Source: Antedon mediterranea (taxonomy: Eukaryota > Animalia > Echinodermata). From it: a stretch of DNA of 64,000 nt. Numbering within the stretch: the first letter of the stretch is position 1; each line of letters starts with the position of its first letter. The position numbers and the translations under genes were made by a program. The DNA is taken from assembly GCF_964355755.1 (NCBI RefSeq), contig NC_092674.1:4402001-4466000 (forward strand), written 5' to 3'. The notes below the pieces were generated by a model. It had not been told where the DNA came from and searched no databases. It saw nothing but the letters and a program-made list of their open reading frames with translations. Below are positions 38,076 to 50,235 of the stretch, one piece after another.

Positions 38076-38310
38076 GATATGCACATTGTAATATAAATTT
38101 CTTTTACTAAAAAAATATCGAAGTTGGCTGATTTTACCTGAACTACTAGAGGACTGTTGTATTTATTTCAATAATTTGGTATACATATAATATACTCACA
38201 ATTAATAGTATAAAGCAAAGTTCAAATAAAACTGATATATATATAAACAAAATTACTTTCTAAGTTATTTTTGTCTTATTTGCAATATTTAAAATCACTA
38301 AAACTCCTAA

Positions 38311-38437
38311 AGCTCTGTCTACACTATCAAACTTCATGTGACAAAAAAAATGTGATGTGGACAGGATGTCATATCACTACCATATTTTGGCACATCACAC
38401 TTTTTTGTCAAACTAGTTTGATAGTGTAGGCAGAGCT
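38311..38437. mobile_element. Harbinger-type MITE family A copy
   Basis: Same TIRs, TAA TSD. Confidence 0.85.
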
Positions 38438-38499
38438 TAATGGACCCAACAACATATTAATAATGGTGTTACTGGAATAGGGGTTGACTACTGTCATAT

Positions 38500-38770
38500 C
38501 AATAAGAGATTGCTGGATACAATTAATCATAACGCACTTAGCTTCTTCGGTCATAAAGACGAGAAAAAAACAACTGTCTTGAGAAGGTGATCATACAGGG
38601 GAAAATTGATTCAAGGAAACCAGGTCGACCAAAAGCAAGATAGATAGACGGAACTTAGGCTCTTGTTGGACATCCTCTATCAGTTGTTTACCAACTAGCT
38701 GCTGATCTTAACCAGTGGTATGCTTTCATGAGAGTCACAAACTGTCAGACATGACAGATACATACCAAAC
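38500..38770 (+). mobile_element. RTE-clade LINE 3' remnant
   Basis: Degenerate translation 'LSFFGH…NCLEKVIIQGKIDSRKPGRPKAR*ID' resembles the RTE ORF C-terminus. Confidence 0.7.
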
Positions 38771-39044
38771 CAACTGTCATATATATTGGCCCTTGTTTGT
38801 TTTATATGGGAAAATGTCCCCTCAATAGAGTTGTCCAAAAGGAGATGTTCTACTGTATACTTACTCTACATCATTATTCTTAAAGGCAGGTGAATATGAC
38901 AGTTGGAACTCCTATGCAACTCACTGCTTTCATCCTAGCATGTACTTCCCCAATATTAAGTTAGGAGTACAAATAACTTTATTCAACAAGATGCTCAGTT
39001 ATTTTAAAACAATACTAATTTATAATTACTATACGTCTTGCTTG

Positions 39045-42000
39045 CTACGTATCTTTGTCAAGTAATTCTCTCAGTATTGTTATTGCAAGTTGAGCTTGAA
39101 TTTTTCGCCCCGTCTTCTTCTGAATAATACCCATCAATCTATTTATAGCTGCCTTATTTCCAGCTCTGTATATCTTTACCTAAACAAATAGATATTAAAG
39201 ATGATGAATTTTTCAGTTAAAAAATAACTTTCTAACTGACACCTGTCTTTCAACTATCTAACTGACATCTAACTGTCTGTCAACTATCTAACTTGCATCT
39301 AACTACCTGTCAACTATCTAACTGGCAACTAACTGCCTGTAAACTATCTAACTGGCATCTAACTGCCTGTCAACTTTCTAACTTGCATCTAACTAATAAT
39401 ATATTTCCAATAGAAATTCAATGCAAACTATACAAATCACTTATGGCTCCTCATCTTGAGTATTGCCATGTTGTTTGGGGACGTTCAAATATAACTCAAA
39501 GTAAAACACTACAAGTTCTTCAAAATCGCGCAGCAAAAGTTATTACAAACAAATCTCAAACCGACTCTAGTACTCAAGCTCTACAAAGTCTAAATTGGAT
39601 GAACTTAGATGAAAGATTATATGTAAATGAAGCTATTGTTATGTTTAAGATTATGAACAACCTTGCACCTCCATATTTATTAAATAAGTTCAATATCAAA
39701 AACAATTACTATAATATTAGAACTAAGCCAAATTTAATAGTACCAAAACCAAAAACAAACAAACATTATCATATAGAGGTGCCAAGGTTTGGAATGAGCT
39801 ACATGAAGATATTAAAAATGTGAACTCTGTCTCTCTTTTTAAGAAACTGTTAACTGCTAATTTCATGTAGCTTTATTTAAATGTAGTGTATTATTTAATT
39901 TTATAGTTAGTAAGTGTATCCTTGTTTTTTTATCTGCTTTTGTTTTTTGCTTCTGTAATTGTTTTATTATTTGATTTGATATCTACTTTTTACATTTATT
40001 ATTGTTGGTGTTTTCCTTTGAGCACGGTCTTACTGAAAAACAACTTTTAGTTGAGTTAAGTATCCGTGATTAAATAAAGCTTATTATTATTATTATTAAC
40101 TGCCTGTCAACTATCTAACAGCCTGTCAACTATCTAACTGGCTTCTATCTAACTGACTGTAAACTATCTAACTGGCATCTAACTACTTGTCAACTATCTA
40201 ACTGGCATCTAACTGACTGTCAACTATTTAACTAGCAACTAACTGACTGACAACTAACTGACTGACAACTAACTACCTGTCAACTATCTAACTGGTATCT
40301 AACTACCTGTAAACTATCTGACTGGCATCTAACTGACTGTCAACTATCTAACTGGTATCTAACTACCTGTAAACTATCTGACTGGCATCTAACTGACTGT
40401 CAACTATCTAACTGGCATCTAACTCCCCTGTCAACTATCTAACTGGTATCTAACTGCCTGTCAACTATCTAACTGGCATCTAACTGACTGTCAACTATTT
40501 AACTAGCAACCAACTGACTGACAACTAACTACCTGTCAACTATCTAACTGGTATCTAACTACCTGTAAACTATCTGACTGGCATCTAACTGACTGTCAAC
40601 TATCTAACTGGTATCTAACTACCTGTAAACTATCTGACTGGCATCTAACTGACTGTCAACTATCTAACTGGCATCTAACTCCCCTGTCAACTATCTAACT
40701 GGTATCTAACTGCCTGTCAACTATCTAACCGGCATCTAACTGCCTGTCAACTATCTAACTGGCATCTAACTGCCTGTCAACTATCTAACTGGCATCTAAC
40801 TGCCTGTCAACTATCTAACTGGCATCTAACTGCCTGTCAACTATCTAACTGGCATCTAAACTCCCCTGTCAACTATCTAACTGGCATCTAACTGCCTGTC
40901 AACTATCTAACTGGCATCTAACTGCCTGTCAACTATCTAACTGGCAACTAACTGCCTGTCAACTATCTAACTGGCATCTAACTGCCTGTCAACTATCTAA
41001 CTGGCATCTAACTGCCTGTCAACTATCTAACTGGCATCTAACTGCCTGTCAACTATCTAACTGGCATCTAAACTCCCCTGTCAACTATCTAACTGGCATC
41101 TAACTGCCTGTCAACTATCTAACTGGCATCTAACTGCCTGTCAACTATCTAACTGGCATCTAAACTCCCCTGTCAACTATCTAACTGGCATCTAACCACC
41201 TGTCAACTACCTAACTGGCATCTAACTGCCTGTCAACTATCTAACTGGCATCTAACTGCCTGTCAACTATCTAACTGGCATCTAACTGCCTGTCAACTAT
41301 CTAACTGGCATCTAACTACCTGTAAACTATCTAACTGGCATCTAAACTCCCCTGTCAACTATCTAACTGGCATCTAACTGCCTGTCAACTATCTAACTGG
41401 CATCTAACTGCCTGTCAACTATCTAACTGGCATCTAAACTCCCCTGTCAACTATCTACAGTAACTGGCATCTAACCACCTGTCAACTATCTAACTGGCAT
41501 CTAACTGCCTGTCAACTATCTAACTGGCATCTAACTGCCTGTCAACTATCTAACTGGCATCTAACTGCCTGTCAACCCTCAACTACAAATTTCCACTTTA
41601 CCGGTTCTGGATTTTCTTGGATTACTTCTCTACATAATTCTTCCAATGCACTTCTATCTGTGATTTGTTTCCAGTTATTTTCTTCAATAATCTAACAAGA
41701 AAGTAAAGGTGGGTTATTATCAAAATTAACTAAATTTTGGGTTCTGCTATAGCACATCCATCTAAATTACAATATTAAATTTACACTCATTGAACACTCT
41801 TGGATACTATGTACTGTAATTAATCAGGATTGGCATTTTAATTAAATTCAAAAGACATTTATTTTCGTCCAACAGACAATACGTCAAATAAAAACAGTAG
41901 TAACAGATTGAGATTATTGAAAAAAGTAATGGACGAAGGCAGGATCCCAAAAAGATGAAAAGGTTGTGGCGGGATTGCCTTGACGAATTAATAATTAACA

Positions 42001-45000
42001 GACTTAAGTCCCTGTAGGGTATTCAAAATAGCTGGTGAAAAAATGAATATAGCCACGGAAACAGTAAACAGTAATACATACATGATTAACTGATCTTGAA
42101 TCTCCTTCTACTTTGAGACTCAGTAGTAGTTTCGCAATATCAGCTGACACAACGCCATCTGAGACACTTTGAACAACATCAACAAAGTCATTCGGGCTAA
42201 GAGAACTGAAGAAAAAACGAACAAAACAAAATCATTTAATTTTGAAAATAGCCTTTGAACGTTTTAGCAGATTTACAAATGTTGGTACAGTGAGTATTTT
42301 TGTAGGCTTACCATTCTAGAATGCTAACCTCACTCTGATTCAAAATCGTCAACACTTCGTTTATAAGCCAGTCAGCTACACGTTTTGTTTCCAAGTTATT
42401 TTCAGTAGACATGACTTTCTCAAAGAAAATGGCCAGTTCTTGTTCACTCTGTAAAATTTATCATAAAAAACGTTTCCTGTCTACACTATCAAACTTTGTG
42501 ACATAAAAAATGTGATGTGCCCATATATGGACATGATGATGTTATATCACTACCATATTTGAGCATATCACCACCATTGGGCAAGTACATCACACTTTTT
42601 TTTGTCAAACTAGTTTGACACTGTAGACAGAGCTTTACAAGTACAATTGACTTCTGACCAATTCTACTAGTGCAAAATCAAGTTTACAATGGTTTGGCTC
42701 ATTGGTAACTGTTCTGAAGACTATACAGTATATGGCAACCGCAGAGATTCTTAGGCTACCTAGGCACTTTCAAGGATATTCCAGATATAAAGGTCTGTCT
42801 ACACAATCAAACTAGTTTGACAAAAAATGTGTGATGTGCCCAAATATGGTAGTGATATGACATGATCATCATCATGTCCAAGACACTTCTGGATATTCCA
42901 GATATAAAGCTCTGCCTACAGATTTATTGAAAAATAAATTGGCATACCACTAATACTACTGCACTTCGCCAACTGATTTCATATTGCTCTTGGAATCTTA
43001 ACCTTTTAGCTTCTGGCAGCTCTGGTACAGCTCTTTCTATGTCATTTATGTTAATTGCATTTGATGGGTTCTCTGATTCTCCTATAGTTTCATCATCATA
43101 CACTACCAATGGTGGAAGATTTGGTTCGGGCATGAAACGATAATCTAAATTTGTTTCTTTTATTCGCATAGATACAGTTTTCCTTTAAAAAAAGCGGATT
43201 TTTTTATGAATAGTGAAAAATTATCATTATTTTATTTTTTATATACATTTTTTTTTAGAAGAGATCATATTATTATCTAAAAACTCTATAAAATGGAAAT
43301 CAATGCATCAAATAGTACATTTGCCATCTCATTACAAAAGTTCTTAAGCTCCATCTACACTATCAAACTGTATGTAATGATGAAATTATGATGTCATATC
43401 ACTACCATATTTGGTCATATCACTATCATATTTGGGCACATCACACCTTTTTTGTTACATCAAGTTTGAGTGTGTAGACAGAGTCCTATAATGCATAGGT
43501 AAACGGTGCATTTAAGAAAAACTGTTGTGCGGGGAAAATATGCTGTCAAAAGTCATTTTGTCTCACCCTGTCTTAACATCAAAAAACCTAGTGTCTGCAA
43601 CAACTTTTTTGCCTTTCTCCAGTAAACTGATCTGTCGTTTGATTTCATAATCTGTAAGAAGAAATAATCATTTCAATAATAGAAATATTGTACAGACAGT
43701 ATTAAGTCTTTAGGCTGAGACTTCGGGCTATAGAGCTTCATTGTCTCTTTAGAAGGCCCAGACGTTTTTCATCAAACGAATAAATGAAATAAAAAGTCAA
43801 GCAACAATACTGGTTACATAATCATTAAGAAACAAACCTATAGCATTTTTAACATTTCGTATGCTACCAATATTTTTCACCTCAGCCCGAGTCCCAAATG
43901 GCTGTCCTGGTAAATTCACGGAAATGTTGGCATCTACACGAAAAGACCCCTCTGAAAATTAAGAATTATGAAAAAATATGGAATATATAGTACTGTAATT
44001 ACGGTATATAAATCCAAAGGCAAATTGCTGAAAAAATGACAATGCTGTGGGTATCAGAGGCTGGATCTCAATGGTGATGCAAATAAAATAAGCACTGAAA
44101 AAAATGACAATGCTGTGGGTACCAGTGGCTGGATCTCAATGGAGATGCAAAATAAAATAAGCACTGACAAAATGACAATGCAGTGGTTATCAGCGGCTGG
44201 ATCTCAATGGAGATACAAAATAAAATATGCGCCGAAAAAATGATCCTCTAGCATACCTTCCATTTTAGCATCACAGGTGTTGATCGTCTGCAAGATGAGC
44301 TGAAGTTCTCGTACCATGGCCGCTGCTTCTTGGCCATTATGCAAGTTAGGCTCTGTTACAATCTCCATTAATCCCACACCTATTATTACACCAAAAAAAA
44401 AACATATTTGTGTATATCACTACCATATTTGGGCACATCAAACTTTTTTCTCAAACTAGTTTGATAGTTTAGACAGAGCTTAAGGAGAGCCTCAAAGATG
44501 AAGAAGTTTTACATGCACAAAAGGGGTTAAAAAACACTTTATAACCTGCTCGATTAAGATCAACCAAAGTCTGTCTGTTGTCCTCATCATGCAAACTCTT
44601 TCCACTGTCTTGCTCTATCTGAATCTGTTTGACATTTACAGTTTTTTGTACTGGTATTTTGTCAGTGATGTTGATAGGAAATCGCAATTTCCCATTCACA
44701 GCGATTGGTACTCGATTTTGTGTTATCTGATAACCAGTCTAAAAAAATTAACAAAATATCCTTTTAAGCTTAACTATGGTAGTTTTAGCATATTTTTCAT
44801 CACTTTTTCTGTTTGAAAAGGGCGTTTGTTCAAACCTTCGAACCTCTTTGGCTACAGCGTTATGTATGTACTTAACTATAAACCACTTACAGGCAAATCG
44901 GCATAATAGTAATGCTTTCTATCAAAGAACGAACGTTTGTTGATTTTACACGACAAAGCAAACGCTGTACATATTGCAGCTTCAACGCAGCGTCTATTTA

Positions 45001-48000
45001 GTACCTAGAAAAAAAAAATCATCATTATTATTATTAATATCATTTAGTCGTAGAGAGTCAGGTATTGGAAGAGGTAAAGGTTTACTGGTACATAGAATAG
45101 CATGTATAATTCCGTATATCCTCGGGTATAATCCAACTTCTGGTATAATCCCACCACCTACTTTATGTCTGATTTCACAAACAGGCATATCCCCGGGTAT
45201 AGTCCCAGTATTGACTTTTGGTCAGAAAGTAGGCCTCTCTCTACCAGTTCAGATGAGTTTTTACAAGAAATGCTTACAAATCGATATTGTTTTTGTGAAC
45301 CAGGTTTTTCCCAGGTATGGTCCCACTCCCACAGAATATACGGTAAGGGTATATTAAAAGAAATTTAGGTTTCTTTTTAGCGGACTTACTGGTAAAGTTC
45401 CAGGCAATGCTGCATCAAATACGGCCACTTGAGAATTTGGTGGCACCATGAACTTTGTTCCTGCACCAGAGAACAACTTAGATTGTGCATTGATCTGTGC
45501 ATGAATTTCAAGTCCAACAATGCTTTCCCATCTAGATGAGCAATCCTGCTGACTAAATCTGCAAAAATGGTAATGGTAACAAAAAAGAGGTTTTTTTAAA
45601 ACATAAAATGATAAAATATTATATTTATTAAATATTACACTTTCTTTATTCGCCGTGGTTAGGATTCCGGCACCGGAACTCAACTGCCCAGCGTTAAGGA
45701 ATCCGACACGCTATTGCGCATGCCCAGATCGAGGTAATCGGCGACTCTATACTTCAACAGCGATGGATCATTTCATAGCTACTAGCCTAGATGCCTATAA
45801 TACGGGATCCACTAATCTAGGCTAGGGCTACCAGTTAGACGTGACCAGTGGGGCCTATTTATTTTGTAATTAAAAAGTGGTTGCTTCATTCATATTATAA
45901 ACTTCATATCATTATGAATTATATAATTACATGACTAGTTTATGATTTTTCATAACGCATTACAGGGCCGTAGCCAGGATCTGTCAAGGGGGGGTTCGGA
46001 CACTAAGTATTTGGGTCACTGTCCCACTGTCACTGTGTTTCCCTTGTGGCCCGGGCAACAGCCTTAATTTCATACTAAATGTTGTTTCTGCCACTAAATT
46101 GAAATTGAGTTCCATTTCATTGTATACCATCCGGACACGGAACTTGATAGGCTTAGTCATAAAGTAGTTACAGAGTTGCAGGGCATTTTATCATTGTTGA
46201 ATGTTTTGATATTAGCCTAATTGTTAAAACGACCTTCACAACCAAAATATTTCTTTGTAATAAAATCTATTTTAAATGGAACGCTACAAAAATAATCCAC
46301 TGCTTTATCAGAGCATGCATACCTAATAACCAGACAAGAACATGTCTTTATTACACTTTACTATCAATCTATTTTCATATCACGCAATCCATTTTTCAAC
46401 AATACAGTAGTATAATAACATTTTGATTGAATAGTGAGGGATTAGTTACAGTTTGACTTTGGTAAACAATTGGTAATTTACTGAAAATCCAAAATGAACT
46501 TGTGTTATAATACAAAAAAAATTATTCAATCAAAGAAACGCTTTACTACACATGAGAAATAGATGTCGGTCGATAAACTTCTGACGACGACTAAAACAAC
46601 GACAATCAGCTAAATGTTAGTAATTTTATTTCATCTCTGGCTTGTTACATTTTTCATGACACATTACCGGACTTCCCCCTCCTCTCGCAATGAACGACAG
46701 TACAGATCCTCCCTATCTAGGCTCGTGTATGTAGCATACTATTATTCACAAATTACGCACGCATAGCAGTGTTACTAGAACCATCACAGATTACCTCTAA
46801 TGGATCAATCATTCACACATGATTTAAAAAATTCATCGACAAACGAAATATAGCCTATATTCATTCCTTTTAAATATTAGGCATATTGCCAAGGCTAATA
46901 ATCGATTTGTCCATAATTATTGCGTTTTGCCGGGGGTTTTCCATAATCTAAGGCCAATTTTTAGGCCAAATCATAATTGTGCGTATAGTGTTGTATTTCC
47001 GATGCGTGTAGTACCCTATTTATCTTCATTTCCGTACGTTCGTCGTAAATAGGCCGAGTTTCCGTAGTAATTTATAGACGTTCCAAAATTTGAACCGTGT
47101 TATACCGGTGACAGAGCAAAGTTTGCTTCTTTCTGCAAATTTCCTACCATTATTTTCTTTGTTTTATTTGGAGTGTGGTTTAAAACAATACTTTTGTAAA
47201 GTTTATAGTGGATAAATGAAAATGAATTTTTGGAAAATGTGGTTTTAACATCTGACTTTATTTAGCATTTTTAAATGAATTAAAATTCCAAATTATACAA
47301 TTTAACCTTTTGCTCAATATATTTATAGCAACTGCTTCATATTTTTTGTACAACTTTTTAAAATTATTAATTGATAATTAATTTACATTAATTGAGTACA
47401 GTTATTAGAATGTATTACCGTACCAAAAGTACCTTAATCGGAGACTTCCCCGCGACGTTTGCATTGAACGGAAAAAAATTTATCATAAATTTACGTGCGA
47501 GAGTACTATTTGCGGCCATCTAGGGGTGTCATTTAACAATTTGCTTGCTCAAATACTCAGTGTCTACAGCCCTGGAGTCTTTGGGCAACCCTCTTAAAAT
47601 AGTCCTGCGACCGCCCCTGATAGCTCTATCTATATTTATTTACAGCAATTTGTTGAGGAAACTAAATATATCAATGTAAATAGGTGGTATTGATACAGTT
47701 GAGTAGGCCTACGTATCGGCTGGTGGTCTAGAAAAAAATAATCGAATGCCATAGGCCTAATGTAAACTACAGTACATGATACCATAGATATTATAGTGTA
47801 ATAATTATATTAAATTCACTATAATCCTCTATGATGATGATACACTATACTTCATAGCCACACATAAATATTGTAGGTAACCGCAGCGTTCCATTTTTTG
47901 ATGTACGTCGGAAGGCTATATACTTTATGCATGCTGACTGCCAGTGATCGAAACAATAGGTACGCGGTTGTCTAGCGGTGTTCTTTGTACAATTAGTTCG

Positions 48001-49060
48001 TGCCCAAGCTCGCATCAATATCATGTTACATCCTGGGACCAAAAATTCGTATTATTTTTCAGGTGAAAATCGGCAACCAATTCATTTGGTATGAGTTATT
48101 CACGAACGAGTTTACAAATTTTTCAATTTACAAACAACCTTTTGTATTGTGGGGCACGTATTTGGAGGATTTTCAGAGATGAGGGTGTGGTGAGGTATTG
48201 TGGATGTCGGGGATAGGGGTTCGCAGTCGGTTAAGGGGGGGGGGGGGGGTGTCGCTGTAAAGGGGGGTTCGCCCGAACCAAAAACCCCCCTGGCTACGGG
48301 CCTGCATTATACTGTACGGTACATAACAACATGCAATCACAAGTTGATTTGTTGACGGCAACAACCGCGTGGATGTGAAAAAACTGTTCGGGAAGTCAGG
48401 GTCGCAACGCTAAAAACAGCATTACGATTCTTAGATGATAGATACTGATACTTATTAATATCATTATGATTATTTTAACGCGTGGCGTAGTATTATTTTA
48501 ATTATTAATTCATTCATGTATGGCATAGGCCAAGTTTCATCCATCGCTCTCTCGCTCGCGCAACGACTATCTAGGCTACAGTAAATCCCTATAACACTCC
48601 GACTCTCGGCGGTGGTGTGGTGTGTGTGGCACTATTAGCGCAAGCTATAATTCACTTCCCAGAGCTCTGGGCATGCGCAATAGCGTGTCGGATTCCCTAA
48701 CGGTGGGCAGTTGAGTTCCGGTGCCGGATTCCTAACCACGGCGTTCTTTATTACAGTACAAAATTACATTAAACCGGCACTTGAGTCACGTACTGGTGAA
48801 TACCTGTTCCTGGGTAATATCGATGACAACAAACAAACACGAGAGCAACCAAAATAGGTGCAAGTAGGTCCAGCTAGCCTAGCCTATAGCACGCCCGCTC
48901 TCCCTGCCGCATCTGACCCGTCGATAATTATTGCCTAGACTAGAGTAGTGCTAGGTAGAATTAGGCCTAGCTTTTGACTACCTCACCTTCTTGCTATTTG
49001 AATGTATACGAGTTTCTCGATGATTTGTCTGTTAACGTAGGACCATTGTTTACAAATCAT
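39045..49060 (-). CDS. GATB: Mitochondrial glutamyl-tRNA(Gln) amidotransferase subunit B (PET112)
   Basis: Exons: 49060-48987 (MICKQW…IARR, presequence-like, phase 2), 45558-45390 (VGLEIHAQI…KLFS…LPGTLP), 45004-44891 ([12 protein letters not shown]), 44738-44546 (GYQITQ…[10 protein letters not shown]…VDLNRA), 44379-44257, 43951-43838 (RVDANIS…RAEVKNI), 43651-43567, 43182-42948 ([12 protein letters not shown]), 42448-42312, 42205-42082, 41691-41602 and 39179-39045. Confidence 0.95.
39225..41580. repeat. 30-bp satellite array in the last GATB intron, split by a LINE fragment
   Basis: Unit ctatctaactggcatctaactgcctgtcaa, at about 39225-39394 and 40098-41580. Confidence 0.95.
39395..40097 (+). 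mobile_element. 5'-truncated L2/CR1-type LINE
   Basis: '[18 protein letters not shown]…[13 protein letters not shown]…LNWMNL…[13 protein letters not shown]' is a post-RT C-terminus. Ends with AATAAA + (ATT)n and a short AACT duplication at the flanks. Confidence 0.85.
44028..44240. repeat. About 68-bp tandem repeat x3 in a GATB intron
   Basis: Unit ctgaaaaaatgacaatgctgtgggtatcagaggctggatctcaatggtgatgcaaataaaataagca. A partial monomer occurs at about 54730-54772. Confidence 0.85.
45111..45344. mobile_element. pogo/Tigger-like MITE
   Basis: Inverted ends ccgtatatcct…agaatatacgg|ta. Confidence 0.55.
45651..48743. mobile_element. Non-autonomous Mutator-like element (about 77-bp TIRs, 9-bp TSD)
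   Basis: TTCTTTATT|CGCCGTGGTTAGGA…GCGCATGCCCAGA … TCTGGGCATGCGC…TCCTAACCACGGCG|TTCTTTATT. Confidence 0.88.
45963..48304. mobile_element. hAT-like element with 5-bp TSD (hAT5-type), nested in the Mutator-like element
   Basis: CATTA|CAGGGCCGTAGCCAGG…CCTGGCTACGGGCCTG|CATTA, with G-rich subterminal repeats and no long ORF. Confidence 0.78.
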
Positions 49061-49214
49061 AGTTATTCATGAACATACTTATTGGTTAAGATCTCGAAAA
49101 ACAAAAAAAGTTTTTACAAAACAATTCCACGTGTTTATTGGTTATGTTACACTCCACTGATTTTCAACTTCTAAAGGTCAGGGGTTGGATTTTTATTTTC
49201 GCCAGGTACTGAAA
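49061..49214. promoter_or_regulatory. Compact bidirectional promoter GATB - PGM2
   Basis: 154 bp between the two inferred ATGs. Contains two ATTGG (reverse CCAAT) boxes, a CACGTG E-box at about 49128 and TCTCGA. Confidence 0.7.
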
Positions 49215-50204
49215 ATGGCGTTTGATTTCGGGGACACTGTGTTAAATGAGCAGGTAAATCTGTGGTTACAATGGGATAAGGTAATGTTATGGCAATGAAA
49301 GCCTTCTTTATAATTTCAGTTGGATAGATCTGTTTGCAAATCCAACATTATTTCCAATACAATAGAGCCAAGATTGTCTAGGGCCAGGCCTAACCAGAGA
49401 GTAGGCCGAGCGCGCTGTATGAATGGCGGCCATGCATGAAGTATATGAATCGTAGCCGTACACCCATACCATACGTAGGCTATGTATTTGTACGCTAGCC
49501 TGCTTTTTTTGGGTAACCGCCGGGCTTCTTGATGGCACTTGTTACCTATTACGTTTGACCACCTCTCTTGTTGGATTGATTCGATGTGGACGCCCGTCCA
49601 GCTGTAGTAATAAATAATAGTATTAAATAATTAATAATACTAAATAGTAAATAGTAACATTCAGGAATATAAAATAAACCGGACTCATTGACAATTGACC
49701 AGTCCATTTTCATTTTACTTACTTACTTACTTAAGAATTCTGGATTTATAATCATCACAAGGCCAGCCTAGTATTAGTAACTTACATTGTGTTGTGATCT
49801 TAGTTAATTATTTTCTGTGCTGATTATCTGATAAATAGATAACATGTGACATAATAACAGCTCATGACCAAAAAAATGTTTAAAATTATTGTTTCTTCTA
49901 ATGCGAAAGTTTTAGATTTCTAGGTTTCAGTTAGCCAATCTATATGAATAAAGTATTTGAAAATTAACATTTCGAAAAAAGAAAAAAAAAACAACTGTTT
50001 GTGTTAATTAATTGTGCAATACCTACAATAGTAGCATGTATTATATTAAACTCAGTCAAAGCGTCAAATCCCAACTTAGGCTTATTTATTAATAAATTAA
50101 AATGTTATTTTAAGCAAAATATTTCCTTTTATTCTTTTACAACTATCGGCCATTAATCCACGAAAAATTGAAACTTCATTTGATATCTGTGATAATAACA
50201 ACAG

Positions 50205-50235
<31 letters not shown>

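Noticed and set aside
39293-39823. 176-aa host gene
   Set aside because: Chimera of satellite translation and a LINE C-terminal fragment.
39225-41580. CRISPR-like or telomere-like array
   Set aside because: No unique spacers and no TTAGGG; eukaryotic intronic satellite.
44028-44240. Tandem C/D snoRNAs (ATGACAA…CTGA)
   Set aside because: Antisense to the host GATB intron, with a poor C box. A plain tandem repeat is simpler.
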